DNA of 64,000 nucleotides. Source: Lama glama (Eukaryota). Below are positions 26,483 through 39,325 of the stretch, piece by piece. Made by a program: the position numbers and the translations under genes. Where the stretch lies: the NCBI GenBank assembly GCA_028534125.1, contig CM052817.1, forward strand, positions 67,148,001 to 67,212,000. Direction: 5' to 3'. The first letter of the stretch is position 1; each line of letters begins with the position of its first letter. Under the pieces are notes generated by a model. It was not told the origin of the DNA and ran no database searches. It worked only from the letters and a program-made list of their open reading frames with translations.

Positions 26483-26633
26483 TTTTTATTTTATTGATTT
26501 ATAATCATTTTACAATGTTGTGTCAAATTCCAGTGTTCAGCACAATTTTTCAGTCATTCATGGACGTATACACACTCATTGTCACAATTTTTTCTCTGTG
26601 AGTTATCATAACATTTTGTGTATATTTCCCTGT
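26483..26633 (-). mobile_element. Young artiodactyl/camelid-type L1 3' end running into gap
   Basis: tttttattttattgatttataatcattttacaatgttgtgtcaaattccagtgt...atatttccctgt. Confidence 0.85.
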
Positions 26634-27133
26634 NNNNNNNNNNNNNNNNNNNNNNNNNNNNNNNNNNNNNNNNNNNNNNNNNNNNNNNNNNNNNNNNNNN
26701 NNNNNNNNNNNNNNNNNNNNNNNNNNNNNNNNNNNNNNNNNNNNNNNNNNNNNNNNNNNNNNNNNNNNNNNNNNNNNNNNNNNNNNNNNNNNNNNNNNNN
26801 NNNNNNNNNNNNNNNNNNNNNNNNNNNNNNNNNNNNNNNNNNNNNNNNNNNNNNNNNNNNNNNNNNNNNNNNNNNNNNNNNNNNNNNNNNNNNNNNNNNN
26901 NNNNNNNNNNNNNNNNNNNNNNNNNNNNNNNNNNNNNNNNNNNNNNNNNNNNNNNNNNNNNNNNNNNNNNNNNNNNNNNNNNNNNNNNNNNNNNNNNNNN
27001 NNNNNNNNNNNNNNNNNNNNNNNNNNNNNNNNNNNNNNNNNNNNNNNNNNNNNNNNNNNNNNNNNNNNNNNNNNNNNNNNNNNNNNNNNNNNNNNNNNNN
27101 NNNNNNNNNNNNNNNNNNNNNNNNNNNNNNNNN
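26634..27133. other. Assembly gap (500 N)
   Basis: Run of N. Confidence 1.
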
Positions 27134-27808
27134 GTTGAAAACTTATGTTCACATGAAAACCTGCACACAGATATTTATAACAGTTTCACTTGTAATTGCT
27201 AAAACCTGAAAGCAATCAAGATGTCCCTCAGTAGGTGAATGGATAAATAAACTGCTACATTCAAACAATGGAATTCAGTGCTAAAGTGAAATAAGTTATC
27301 AAGTCATAAGAAGACAGGGAGGAACCTTAAATACATATTACTAAGTAAAAAAGCCTGTCTGAGAAGGCTACTATTGTGTGATTCCAACTATGAGACTGCC
27401 TGGAAAAAAAGGCAAAACTGTGGATGCAGTAAAAAGATCAATGATTGCCAAGGGGGGCGGGATGGAAGAACAGGCAGAGCACAGAGGAGTTTTAGGGCAG
27501 TGAAATTATTTCGTAGGGTACTATAATGATGGATAGATGTCATTAAATATTTGTTCAAACACAGAATGTACAACACCGAGAGTGGACCATAATGTAACCT
27601 CTGGACTATGTGTCATAAGGATGCGTTAATGTAGGTTCATCAATTATAACAAATGTACCACTCTGGTGGGGTGGGGTGGGGTGAGATGATGGAGGTAGAG
27701 GAGGCTGTGCAGGTGCGGAGGCAGGAGTATGTGGGGATTCTTTGTACTTTCCTTCAGGTTTACTATAAACCTAAAACTGTTCTAAAAATGAACGTCCATT
27801 AAAAAACA
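27134..27808 (+). mobile_element. L1MC-like ORF2 end and 3' UTR
   Basis: gttgaaaacttatgttcacatgaaaacctgcacacag...taggttcatcaattataacaaatgtaccactctggtg. Confidence 0.9.
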
Positions 27809-29649
27809 TACATATCCCTTTCATAAAAGTACCTTCCTACTTGGCCTTCTACATTATTTGCAAATTATTGAATATTATTTATCAAAATTGAAGCATAGCT
27901 ATTTATGAAGCTCTCAAATGAAAGTAAATAATCATAAAGAGGTAAAAAAAAATAAAATAACCAGCATAAAATTTTATGTGGATAAGGTTACACACATTAC
28001 CAGTTACACAGGAAAAAATTCAAGCCCCCTCATTTTTTCAGTCTACGTCAGTTGCTTGGATTCTTCCAATTCCTCACACCCTACTTGGGTTTTGTCCCCT
28101 GTGGCTAGATAATAGAATGCCCTTTATATACCAGCATCTCCCAGGTTCACTTTTTTTTACCCTGTTTTTTTCCTTCCTCCTAAAAGATAGCAGGGTCCCA
28201 GAATGCATTTTGAGTGGGAATCCAAACGTCACACTGTACTAACCTACAAGCAGCTCAAAAAAACCATACCCCCAGCTCTTTATTATTTTTTTCATTCACA
28301 ACAAAATTGCCATTCCCCTGACCACTATATAAGTATTTCCTATTGACTTTTTAAGTCACAAGGATGGTGCTGGTTACCAAACAAGGAAAGCTTGTCTTAT
28401 TGACTTGAAAGGCAGTGCACACGACAGGTAACCTACCCCTACAATAAAACCAAATAGACCTACATTTTATTACCCAAGAAACAAAGAAGAAAGACGCTTC
28501 TCCTTGGGAAATGTCTTCTTTTTAATTTTTAAAAAATTTCCTCTCTACTTAAGTAGCAGATAAAAAAGCAACAGAATAAAAGAAGGAAGGCAATCGTCTA
28601 GAGAGAATAAATGTGAGTTTGAAAAAATGATGCTCCGAGAAAAAATAATTAGTAAGGGCATCCAGGAGACGTATAAAACAGCAAAGCTGTAACAGGTTAC
28701 CATTAGCAAAGGGTATAAAGGGAGGCTTGTCAGAGATTAGAAGTGATCACAGAGTCGGAGCACGCGGTGGGAATGGTGGGCTCACCACTTTCCAGGGACA
28801 GGAGAAAAAGCAGAATGTGTCAAGGTGAGGGTTGAATTTCTTAATAGCTACTTTACCTCAGCCACTGACACAATTATAATAGGAACAGGATGCTCAGGGC
28901 AATAAGAGTTAATGAGAAAAACATGTAACTGGGCAAAATTTGAATCATATTTAGTTTAAAAAATATCTAAGTAACTTGGAAGGTACTCAAATCTGCAGAA
29001 TATATGAGATCCATTCCAGAACACTGATTTTTAAAGAAGGTAAATCAAACAGCAGAACCATTGCAACACATTCTGGAAAACTATAGTTATTTTTTTAACT
29101 TTTCTTTTTCAATTACAAAAGTCTTGCATGAGTCTTTTAAGAATCTAGTATAAAAAATAAAAACTCTTCTTCAGTATCCAACTTTTTCAGATCTTTTCAT
29201 CCCCTGAACAATTCCGCTGTCTAACTCTCAGGTAACCATGATTGACAATTTAGTCAGAATACTTCTTTTGAAGTCTTAAACACACCCCCCACCCCAATAT
29301 ACATACATATCAGATATAAATCTCCATTCATAAATTTAGGTGTAAAAGAAAAATAATTCTTGTTCTTTTTTATAATTGGACCAAAGTGTATAAGGTGTCC
29401 CAGTTAGAAACCTAGTCTCCATTTGTTTTCAATCCTTACCCCTTTGTCTGGGCTTGTGTCACAGGTCTGGGGGACCGATGTGTTATCAAGGTATCAAGAG
29501 CGGACCTCAGTGCTGTCATCTGAGCATGCCTGCATCCACACGGGATCCTAATTTCCATCCATGAAGGTCTTTGACCTTCAGGTCACTGAGGTCTTTCCCG
29601 TGCCTTCCCTTCTTTTCATCTCCAAGCTCTCTCCGTTTCTACCCAGTCT

Positions 29650-30310
29650 CTACGTCATATCCCTTCTGGTTTGGAGTGCACAGCTCACCTAAATAAATGC
29701 CGTGATCCCTCAGCCATTCTACTGCTAACTTCCTTTTCCCTACAGTCTGTTTTGCACATCAGTCAGAGTGATTGTTAAAGCAGGAGTCCGGTCACATGAA
29801 TCCTCTGTTTAAATTCTTCCAGCGGATTTCTCCCCTCACCCAGACTGCAGCTTCATTTCTTACAATGACCCACAGGCCTTTGTGGTCTGATCTCTCTACC
29901 CACATGACTTGCTTACGCTGCTCCAGACACACTAGTCTTTCCCTGGTTCCGTGGACCCACCAGGAGTGCTTCCACTGTAAGGTCTTTTTATTGTTTCTTT
30001 TATTTTTTTTCTGCTGACAATGCTTCTCACACTGATATCCTTAAAGCCTTCTTTCAAAAGTCACTTTTTCGCTGAGCAGCAACATTGCTGTCCTATCGAA
30101 AAATTTGTTCTTCTACAGCTAATACCTCATCCCTTAGAAGTTTTCACTAATACGATGTTTTATTTTCTTCTGTGTTTAATATGTTTCCAGTTCTGCAGTA
30201 TAAACCCCACGAAGGCAAGTAATTTTATGCATTACAGTATTCTAGGTGTTCAGTAATGTGTCTCGTGTATGGAAGGTCTTTAATAAATGTCCTTTAAATG
30301 AATACATGAG
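29650..30310 (+). mobile_element. L2 fragment
   Basis: agtcagagtgattgttaaagc...cttacaatgacccacaggcc...taataaatgtcctttaaatgaatac. Confidence 0.7.
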
Positions 30311-31032
30311 TGATGGGAAACTCACGTTGCTCCTACCCTATGCTGAGGCTCTAGACGACGCTTCAGAACTGTCTCAGCCCTGTTTTTCCCTGGAAAGGTA
30401 TTTTCTTTATTTTCACACTCCACTGAGTAGAAGTCAATTAAGATTCTGTTTCTTTTGGGAACGTCCCTGGAAATGGCTAAAGACCACTTCTATCCTAAGA
30501 CTGGCTGAACATAGCTAGTAATTATACCGTTTTGAAAAAGATGCAACCACAGAGCCCTAGTTCAGGAAACTTTCACCACCTAAATTCTAACTTTCAATGC
30601 TTTCCTAGTTCCTAGAATATTCTTGTAGAAGGGGGATAGTGAAAGGCTGACTTATTTTGGTCACAGGTGCTGTAGGAACTCAGGCTTTTCAAATTCAAGT
30701 CAAGACTGACTCTTCTGTTCAGAAAAACATTGTTATGAATGAAGAAACATAGAAGTTACTAACTACTATCGAGGGAAGAATCCCAGTACAGCGTAAAATA
30801 ACAGAAGCAACAAAACCAACCAGTTATTACATCAAAGCAGTATTATGTTTACTTCGTTAGGTATGACTATGTAATACTATTAAACCATTTCTCATTTGCC
30901 TTTTTTCCCCATTAACAACTTATCCTGGGGAAAACAAAACCAAACCAAACCAATATAGCTTGAAAAGTGTTCTGTATAGAATTAGTGCTTCTTGCTTAGT
31001 CTTTTGAATGATGTCATGGTCTTTAATATGAT

Positions 31033-31400
31033 TGTACTAAATGTTTATTGTGGCTGCAGCATGGAAAGATGACACAATCAAATTCTGAGAATTCAAGAAG
31101 GGTTTAATAAAGGGTCTATTGACAAGAGTGTAGCTAGGGTGCATGGAAACCAGAACAGACCATTCAGAAATCTGAAGAGGAGGGGCAAGGCTACCAAAAC
31201 TCAGGGAGCCTGAGATGAAGAAGGAACCAGGTGACACACATCTTGAATTCACTCTCCTTCCTTACTTGGATCCCCAACTAGGATCCCCTTTGGTCAAACT
31301 CAACAGAGGCCAAAGTGCAAGGAAGTTCATTGATTTAATTTATTCTGACCAGCCTCCAAGGGCAGAGAGATGGACGAAAAGGGAAGAAAACATAGCAGAT
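31033..31400 (-). mobile_element. LTR33-like ERVL LTR
   Basis: gatgacacaatcaaattctgagaattcaagaagggtttaataaagggtctatt...ttggtcaaactcaacagaggccaaagtgcaagg. Confidence 0.65.
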
Positions 31401-31499
31401 TATGATATGTCCTTTTGGAAAAATCACAGTGAAACACACCATACACAAACACATCTTAACACTTATTTATGCCTACATCATAAATTTTTTTTTGTATCT

Positions 31500-32414
31500 A
31501 GAAATCTCTCTATGTCAGCACAGATAAATTTCCTTTTCTAATGTCAACCTAAATACAGCTGTACCATGAAATATTCAACATAACGCATCCTCTAGAGATG
31601 TTTTAGATTGCTTTCAAATGTTTGTCATTAACAAAAATGCTGCAGTGTTGGTATGTACGTTTTCCACCCTTGCGAATGTCTGCAGGCTATATTACTAGAC
31701 ATGCAAATTTTTTTATTCAAAGGAAAAGCACCTTAGCTTTAAAAAATATTTTTAGTATGAAATATATCATACCCACATAAAATGCACATAACAGGTATGT
31801 ACAATTTTAAGCTAATACTCATTTACCCAACACTCACGACAAGAAAGAGAAAGTTGCTGACTCAGGAAGGACCCCTTTGCTCTCCTCCCATCCCCACAAG
31901 GGCTAAACGCCATCTTGATTTCTGTCATAATTATTTCTTTACAGTTACTGATAATTGTATTTATATATGTTTTAACTTCATGTAAATGTAATCATAGCTT
32001 TGTTTGCTCTTGTAATCTTCTGTTTCTCTCAACTTGTGGGTGAGATTCTGCCATGTTGTGGCATTTAGTTATGACTTAGTCATTTCTGTTGTACAGCATT
32101 CTCTGTGCCATAATTGATTTAGTCATCCTACTGTTGGTGGATATGTGGGCTCTGTTAACAGTTTTCTCTTTTTCTTTTCTAAAACATATCAATGTGAATA
32201 ATCTTGTATATGTTTCCAGAAGACAGGGACAGAATTATTTCCTGAGTCACATCTATGAAATAATTGCCTAGGCACAGAGTATGCAGGGTTTCAATGTATT
32301 ACACAGTGACAAACCGTTTCTCAAAGACTTCTATAATATATGCTTCTTTCATCAGTGTTGAAGTGTTTTTATTGTTCTATTTTCATTGATGCTTGATAAT
32401 GTTAGATGTTGGCT
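31500..32414 (-). mobile_element. Old L1ME-like fragments (continue after the ERV at about 35030-35870)
   Basis: gtcatcctactgttggtggatatgtggg...gacaaaccgtttctcaaag; resumes ttggcatttcctgaatttccagtgagattgag. Confidence 0.65.
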
Positions 32415-33019
32415 TGTTGAGAGTTTAGCAAATTTTACTCCATGATATTGGGGCTTTGACATCCTTTCGTGTGGAAGTTAGTTTTCCTCCCTCAGTGAAA
32501 GATGCCCACAGAAGCAGTGCAGGCGCCGCTCAGCGTTGCAGGATACCAACATGCCAAGGCACTGGTCCCATGCTCTCGGGGTCCAGGAGCCAGCCTGAAT
32601 GATCCTGCCATCATCTTACCAGTGGAGGCTGAACCCAAGTCTGATGAGGTCCGCTGGGACACCCTGGAGGGGGATGCAGCTGCTCACAAGTCCGGCCACT
32701 GGGGACGTCCACCACAGAGCTTTCCAGCGACAATTCTTATGGTCAGATAAGTGGGGGTTAGTAGAGAATTAGAAACTGAAACTCAAAACTTTATGTGTCT
32801 CAAGAGCCAAGCTATTTTTAAAGACTTTATGGAGCAGAAGGAAGAAAAAGAGGTTGACTGGCTGTTGACAGTGTTTAATACTGGCTCTGAGCTACTAGTC
32901 AGCACCACAAAAATAAGGCAAATTGCCAGTATTTCCAAAGACCCCAAGATGCATAACCTTTTTAAAAACCCCTGGAGCATTACCCTAGGGACCCACAGCT
33001 CTCCAGAGCGTGCCCCACC

Positions 33020-33245
33020 TTCCGAGGACAATTGCCCATTTATGATTCTGGCAGTTCACTGGGACAAAAGCAATATCCAGCCATTTCTGGTTCTTTTGAA
33101 CATAAGAGCCCAAGTCTCAATAATTCCAACTGACTCTTCTAAATTCCCCAAGGGAACTTCATACAGCCTACAAGGCATAGCAGGTAAAAATGTAAAGGAC
33201 GTACAAATTAAGCTGGATGTGTCTATTGGCACCATGTTTCTAAAG
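33020..33245 (+). pseudogene. ERVL-type aspartic protease remnant (catalytic DTG decayed to NIR)
   Basis: DNCPFMILAVHWDKSNIQPFLVLLNIRAQVSIIPTDSSKFPKG aligns with the ERVL pattern D.RP....IHW...N.Q....L.DTGA....I.G.P.KF. Confidence 0.7.
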
Positions 33246-33551
33246 CGTATCTGGGCCAGTAAAATCTGTATAATCATGATCTCTAAGCCATTTGGTAAGG
33301 GTTTGCCCCTTGGGCTCTCTATTATAAGGGGGTCATATTGTACAATCCATCTTCAGTCAGGCTGTAGGTATGTGGCAGATGGTGAGACCATCAAAAAATC
33401 AAAATTGTAAGGGGGGCATTTATCCAGTGAACAGATGTGAGTGACATCCTGCCTAAGGTCAAAGGAGTGGAGGTTCCCTGTCAGTACTAACAGGGAGTCT
33501 TCAGAGAAGATGTTGGTTGTTGTGTGGGGATTGAAGACCTGAGGACCAGCA

Positions 33552-34135
33552 ATTAAGCAGTATTACAGCCTGGAGTAAAACGCCCGTCCATTTGATGGAC
33601 CACCTACTGTTTAAAAGCTTGACGAGCACATCTTTGAGTAGGCCATTGTGCCTCTTTATAAACCCAATTGCTGGGGGCTAGTAAGCCAGATGGAAATTCC
33701 ACAAGATTCCATGTTCTAGAGCCCAGGATTGAACAGCTTGGGAGGGGAAATGCGTACCTTGATTTGAGTCGATAATGGCTGGTGGGCCAAGGAGGATGAG
33801 CATGTACCTGATTAAGGAAAAGATTACATGATGGGAAACAACGTTTCTGGAGGGAGCGACCAGCACGAGTCCAGGGAGGGTATCCGTGACGGTGGCTGCA
33901 TACCTATTAGCTCCAGCAGAGGGCGGCAGTGGCCGGATAACATCAATTTGTCATCCTGAATAAGGTCTATCTTTCTAGGGTACAAGTCCTCACCCAGGGG
34001 CCTTCCAGAGTTTTGAGAGTAAAGGAGGCAATTACTTGCTACCCCTTTTGATAAAGTGGGGATGAGGGGATGCCGCATCTCCGTGCCCAGTCAGCAAGTG
34101 CTGTCCACCCCGCTATGGCCTAATGTGATAGGGGT
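33552..34135 (-). pseudogene. ERVL-type integrase remnant
   Basis: *QIDVIRPLPPSAGANRYAATVTDTLPGLVLVAP...GPPAIIDSNQGTHFPSQAVQSWALEHGILWNFHLAY*PPAIGFIKRHNGLLK; decayed HHCC-like region upstream; stops and frameshifts. Confidence 0.9.
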
Positions 34136-34268
34136 GCACGCTGCTAGTGGGTAAGGCAGATATCTAAGTTACCACCTGCACCCCTCCCTACATCGTATTC
34201 ATATATTGTACACCATGACCCGGCCTCACATGCTCTGAGGTCCCTGGTTTGTTCCCATGGCTCTCGCC

Positions 34269-34286
34269 ATCCGCCAGGGGGCGACG
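34269..34286 (+). promoter_or_regulatory. CTCF core motif
   Basis: atCCGCCAGGGGGCGac matches the CCGCCAGGGGGCG core with CpGs retained. Confidence 0.55.
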
Positions 34287-36289
34287 ACTGAGAACGGGGT
34301 TTCAAACAGTAGAGAGTCTGTTATTCATCAGGGGCTTCACCATTATTGGCTGGCTAAATGTGCTTTACTACGGCTTCAGAACACAATACCTGTGTCCTTT
34401 AGCTTATCTGCTACACAAGCACTTGCCATTCTTGATCCCTAGGCATCACAGGGTGGACTGCTGAGAATACAGCTACACTACTACGTAATAATGCGGCCTT
34501 GGCATCCATTACGTGTGGCCTTGTAGCCTGCAGGGGCCCGGAACTGGCACTCGCCCCTCCAGTGAGCACCTGTTCTAGACAACAGTCAGCAGGGTTATAA
34601 GGAAATATAAGTTCCTGACATGAGCCCCCCCAACCATTCTTGTGACAGGCTCTCTCCCTGGCCTCCCAGGGCTTTTCCTTGTGTGTCCGTTAGATAGGAC
34701 CCCATGAAGCATACCAAAGTCTTATCCTTTCTGATTTGAATTCACCAAACTGGCCTGAGTTCAGGAACCCCAGAGCACTGCCACAGACCCTAATGCAGGC
34801 TTGTGCCCCAGGACCCATCTTTCTCTGCCTGCACTCTGCCTTGACCTCCCCGTGTAACCCTTGAGCTGTGTGGTGTACCTCCTCCAGGACCTGCATTACA
34901 AACTTCCCTGTTCACTCTCCCTTGAGGTCTTGTATTGAACTTTGGTTCAACATGGAACACACCAGGGGCCCACTTAACAAATGCTAATTTAACAAACTCG
35001 CAACAAGGCTATATACCACCCCCATAAATGTGAAATACATTCTACTTGTTGTAATTGGCATTTCCTGAATTTCCAGTGAGATTGAGTACTTATCTTTTCA
35101 TGTGTTTACTAAGCATTTGAATCTCTTCCATATATATATCTACTAGGATATTTTGCTTAGTTTTTCATTGAGTTGTCATTGTTCAGAGATTTGTAGTTGG
35201 TGGTCTAGTATGTGTCTCAAGTATTTTCTACTTGGAGCTTGCCTTTTATCTCTCAGTAAGGTATATATTGATGAAAAAAATCTTAATTTGATACTTTTTG
35301 GATGTTCATTTTTAAATCAAGCACATTAAGGCAGAGGATATTCAAATATTATTCCATACCATTTTCTAAAAGTTAAGTAGTTTTGGCTTTCATATTAGGA
35401 CTATAATTCACCGAGTCTTGCTTTTTATATGTGATATGATGCAAGATTTCGATCTCATTACTTTGCATACAGATACCCAATTTTGTCAGCAGTATTCACT
35501 GAAAAGTCTCCTCTTTCTGACTGATCTTGCAATAAGGGCTCTGTCATAAATGAAGTTTCCATACACATATAAGAGGTTTTATAGTCAATATTTAATTCCA
35601 TGGACCTAGTTCCAAATATTATACTGTCTTTATAACTATAGCTTGTGTTCTGCCCTATCTTGATACTTGCTAAGACATCTTTCTTCTTTCTCTATTTCTT
35701 CAATGGTATCTTAGCCTTGAACTTCTGCCTGTATTTTAAAAATCTAAATATGAATTTGGGGAAAGCTGATATCTTTATAACATCAAATCCGTCCATCTGT
35801 GATTATGGTATTTATCTTCATTTATTTAGTTTTTCTTAAATTTTATTCAATAAAATTTTATGATTTTATAACAATTCTAAGAATGTTGGAGGAACTTGAA
35901 TAGTCCAATGCCCTCACTGAGAACAATTTAAAAAGTGATTGAAATAAGTTAAAATTTTTTGGAGACTTTGGAGGGCTACCAAGAAAACCAAGAATTAAGG
36001 GAACAAATTTTGAAAAGGAAGAACTGAGAGGGTGAGGTGAGCCAATGTTTCAGGCGAAATCCAGCTAGACAAAGGGACAAAGAAATGAGCAGTAGTTAAA
36101 TCTCACGGGACCAGAGGGAGCAAAAAATGCAGACACAAGAGATTAGAAATTGGAAAACTGATTCCAGCTGTTGTGGAAGTTTATCTTAATACATTTATTC
36201 TAGTCAGAAACTTAGTATATAAGGTGGGTAAGATGCTGAGCCAGAAGGCTTTGCAACTCACAGTGGTATACGGCTCTTCTGCACTCTTC

Positions 36290-39200
36290 TACAGGGAATG
36301 ACAAATACTAGAGTTCCTCAGCACTTTAAAGATACGCTTCCACTGATTTCTGGCCTTTACATACCTAATGAGAACTTTTCAGTTACTTGGATCATTGTCC
36401 CCCTGTATGCAATGTGTCATTTTTCTCTGGATCCTTTCAAGTGCATTCTTGATTACTGGTAGTTTGATATAATGTGCATAGGCAATATTTGATTTGAGTT
36501 TATACTGTTTGGTATACTGTATACTGTTTGGAGTTCACGGAGTTTCTCGAATTTGTAAATTTTAGTCTGTAACCACATTTTGGAAGTTTTACTTATTTAT
36601 TTATTTTACCACCAGTTCTTCAAATATTAATTCATTCTTTCTTATTCTGTCTTTTCTCTCTTTCTGTGGCTCCAAGCACTCATATGAAAACTTTCATTAG
36701 GATTATTTTTCAATCCCTAGAGGCGCTATTAATAAAGTTTTTCTCTCTCTTTTTCGTATTGAATAATGCCTTTGGATCTATCATCAATTTCACTGACTTT
36801 TTTGTCATTTTTGTTCTCCTATGAGTTTTATCCAGTGGAGTTTTAATTTCAGATATTGTAGTTTTCAGATCTAAAATTTTCACGTAAAAATATATTTCTG
36901 TTTCTCTGCTGACATGTCCTATCTTTTCATAAATTATGACTATGTTACCTTTATTTTCAATGAGCACAGTTTTATTAGCAGCTTTAAAGTCCTTTAATGG
37001 TAATTCCAACATTTGAGTTATCTTGGGATTGGCATCTGTTTTTTGGGGTTTTTTAAATTTATTTTTTAACATTAAAATTTTTTTATTTATTTATTTTCAG
37101 GGGAGACGTAATTAGATTTATTTATTTACTTTAATAGAGGTACTGGGGATTGAACCCAGGACCTCATGCATGCTAAGTACTCACTCTACCACGGAGCTAT
37201 ACCCTCCCTCTCAATGTCTGTTGATTTTCTTTTCCTTGAAGAAAGGTTCACATTTTCCTGACTCTGCCTGTTGGGTAATTTTGGATTGACATTGTGAATA
37301 TTAAATTGTACAGACTCTGGGTTTTCTAGGATTTTTTCAATAAATATTGATAGTTTAAATTTTAGCAGGCAGTTAATGCGTCTAGGCTTAAGCTTCGTGT
37401 CCTGTCATGCTGGCTCTCAGTGTGGTGGTTCAGACCTCAGTGAGGAAGGCCTTCAGTCTGTGCCACTGGTGCATGGTCCAGAGTCAGTCGAAAACAAGAG
37501 CATTGCTTACACACAGAATTTGGGCTTCCCTTTTTTGGCGTTCTACTTTCCAGCATTCCCCTAGCTAGCTGGTATTTTCCTGTAGATCTTCTGCACAGAA
37601 ATACATTGAACTTTCTATTGGAATTTTTGCTTCCTTTTGCTATCCCCACGATTGCAGCTACTATCTGGAAAAGGCCACAGAATGAAATGAGTCACTATGT
37701 GCTTTTCACTTACTCCATTTTTCAACTCTTTTCCAAAGTCCACATACTTTGATCACTTTCCAAAGCCCTCTGATAACTGACTTTTGTACCTTGCCAGAAG
37801 TTATAGTGGTTTCCTATGGAAGGGTCAGGTTTTTTTAAGGAAATCATTGCCTCAACACAGAAGTAGGACTCTCTTTCTCTGCCTCTTACCATCATTTCTG
37901 TTTATCTGCTGGAATTCCTCATTTATGCAAACACGTTACCCAATTTTCCACAAAATCCTTTAACATACATGTCTTAGTCATGGTAAAGTCCTTGTCTATT
38001 CCAACACTTGCAGATCTCTGGGTCTCTTTCTATTAACTCTTCCTTCTCTCTAAATTACATGCCATGTATTCTACTTCCTTGCATGTATTGTAACTCAGTA
38101 TTATGCTAGACAGTATGTGGGGAAAAAAATGGAGGCTGAAGAAAATAATACGTACTCCAGAAAAGGGCATGGCCCCTTCCTGCAGGCTGCTAAGTACGGA
38201 AGTCTGAGTCAGTCTAAGCTGCTGTTGAGCTGGGTCTGAGCTTTATTACAGCTTTAGTGAGATTCACTTCACCACGTGCTTCAAAGATTCTGAGGGTAGG
38301 ATCAGCATTTTATTTTCAGTAGAGCCTTGAGTGTCAGCACTCATGAGACTTTGCGTATTTCTTTCTACTTTACAGCTCAGCCACTAACTTTCAGACTTGT
38401 AGGAGACCTTTTCTGGCATTACAGCCTGGCCATCAGCCGTTTTCACTCTACTGAGGAATTGTCTTTGCTCCCGAGACCTCCTCTGGGCTTTTTTTTTTTT
38501 TTTTTTTTTTTCATGTAGGCGAGCTCTCTTCACCCTGCCGCCCTGCCTCTATCCTTTGGAGGATCTATTTTGATGTCTTTGGTGAAGGCCCGGTGGCCCT
38601 AGAGGGATTTCTCTCAGCTCTCATGATGAGTCCCTAGCCTCTGAGGTGTGCTACATTTTACTCCGTGAAGTTGCCCCGGATAGGTTTCCTTCATCTCTTG
38701 ACCTGTCCCATGCATGGACATAGGAAAATATACTGAAGGAAAGAAATTTATTTCAACTCTCTTGCCTTTTCAGGCAAGACTCACCAAAGCTTTTCAGGCT
38801 TAAACTCACCAAACTCGGTTCATCCAGTGAAGGGCTGTGGGAAGTCTGTGGGAAGTCGTAGCTGCAGTCTTCATGATTCGGGCTCGGCTAGTGGTTCATC
38901 TTTCAGGCAGGGCTACACGTCGACATTAAGTTCTGGGCACAGCTGCTAAAAGGGTGCTTGGCTTTTCCTTACCCCGTTTTTGAGGACCCTTCCTCTTTCT
39001 GCCTGAAGGCAGTTACGGGTATCTTTTCTCCTAGACAACTTTCTGCGTCTTCTGGAATATGGTTATGTTAGGTTCTTTGTCTATTCTGTTCAGTTGCGGT
39101 ACAACAAAGCAAAAAGGGGAATGATTTTTATCTAATCCAGTTTGCTCTCATTGTTAGGATAGACAAGACAGTTCTATTTGATTTTTTTTTTCAGTATTCT

Positions 39201-39325
39201 AACTGGGAGCAGAATTGTGTCCATGGGTTTTTAGTTTTCTTATATATTTGCTTTCTCTGGTTTTATGAGAATATATGAAGAGATTAAAAATCTAGCTTTG
39301 TACCACCACCATCTTCCAAAAATTC
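36290..39325 (-). mobile_element. Old L1 5' region and ORF1 remnant
   Basis: ORF 36710-37072 ITQMLELPLKDFKAA...ILDLKTTISEIK resembles the L1M ORF1 coiled coil; pyrimidine-rich L1 5' sequence alongside. Confidence 0.7.
37051..37208 (-). mobile_element. tRNA-derived SINE (camelid Vic-1-like)
   Basis: Reverse complement gggagggtatagctccgtggtagagtgagtacttagcatgcatgaggtcctgggttcaatccccagtacctc plus A-rich tail. Confidence 0.9.

Larger units (their letters stand above)
32415..35005 (+). mobile_element. Rearranged, deleted ERVL-class LTR element
   Basis: Termini TGTTGAGAGTTT...AAACTCGCAACA (11/12 inverted match); flanks tggct / aggct (4/5 TSD); internal protease, integrase and env-tail-like remnants; LTR-like sequence about 34590-35005. 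Confidence 0.8.

Noticed and set aside
26520..27209. ORFs of about 200-230 aa
   Set aside because: They span the N gap and are flanked by L1 fragments
32751..33410. 219-aa ORF as a functional domesticated protease
   Set aside because: The catalytic DTG is replaced by NIR, the start is GTG, and the C-terminal part reads into the inverted segment
37130..37208. tRNA gene
   Set aside because: A and B boxes are present, but it has an A-rich tail and no intact acceptor stem, so it is a SINE; the same applies to 40431-40519
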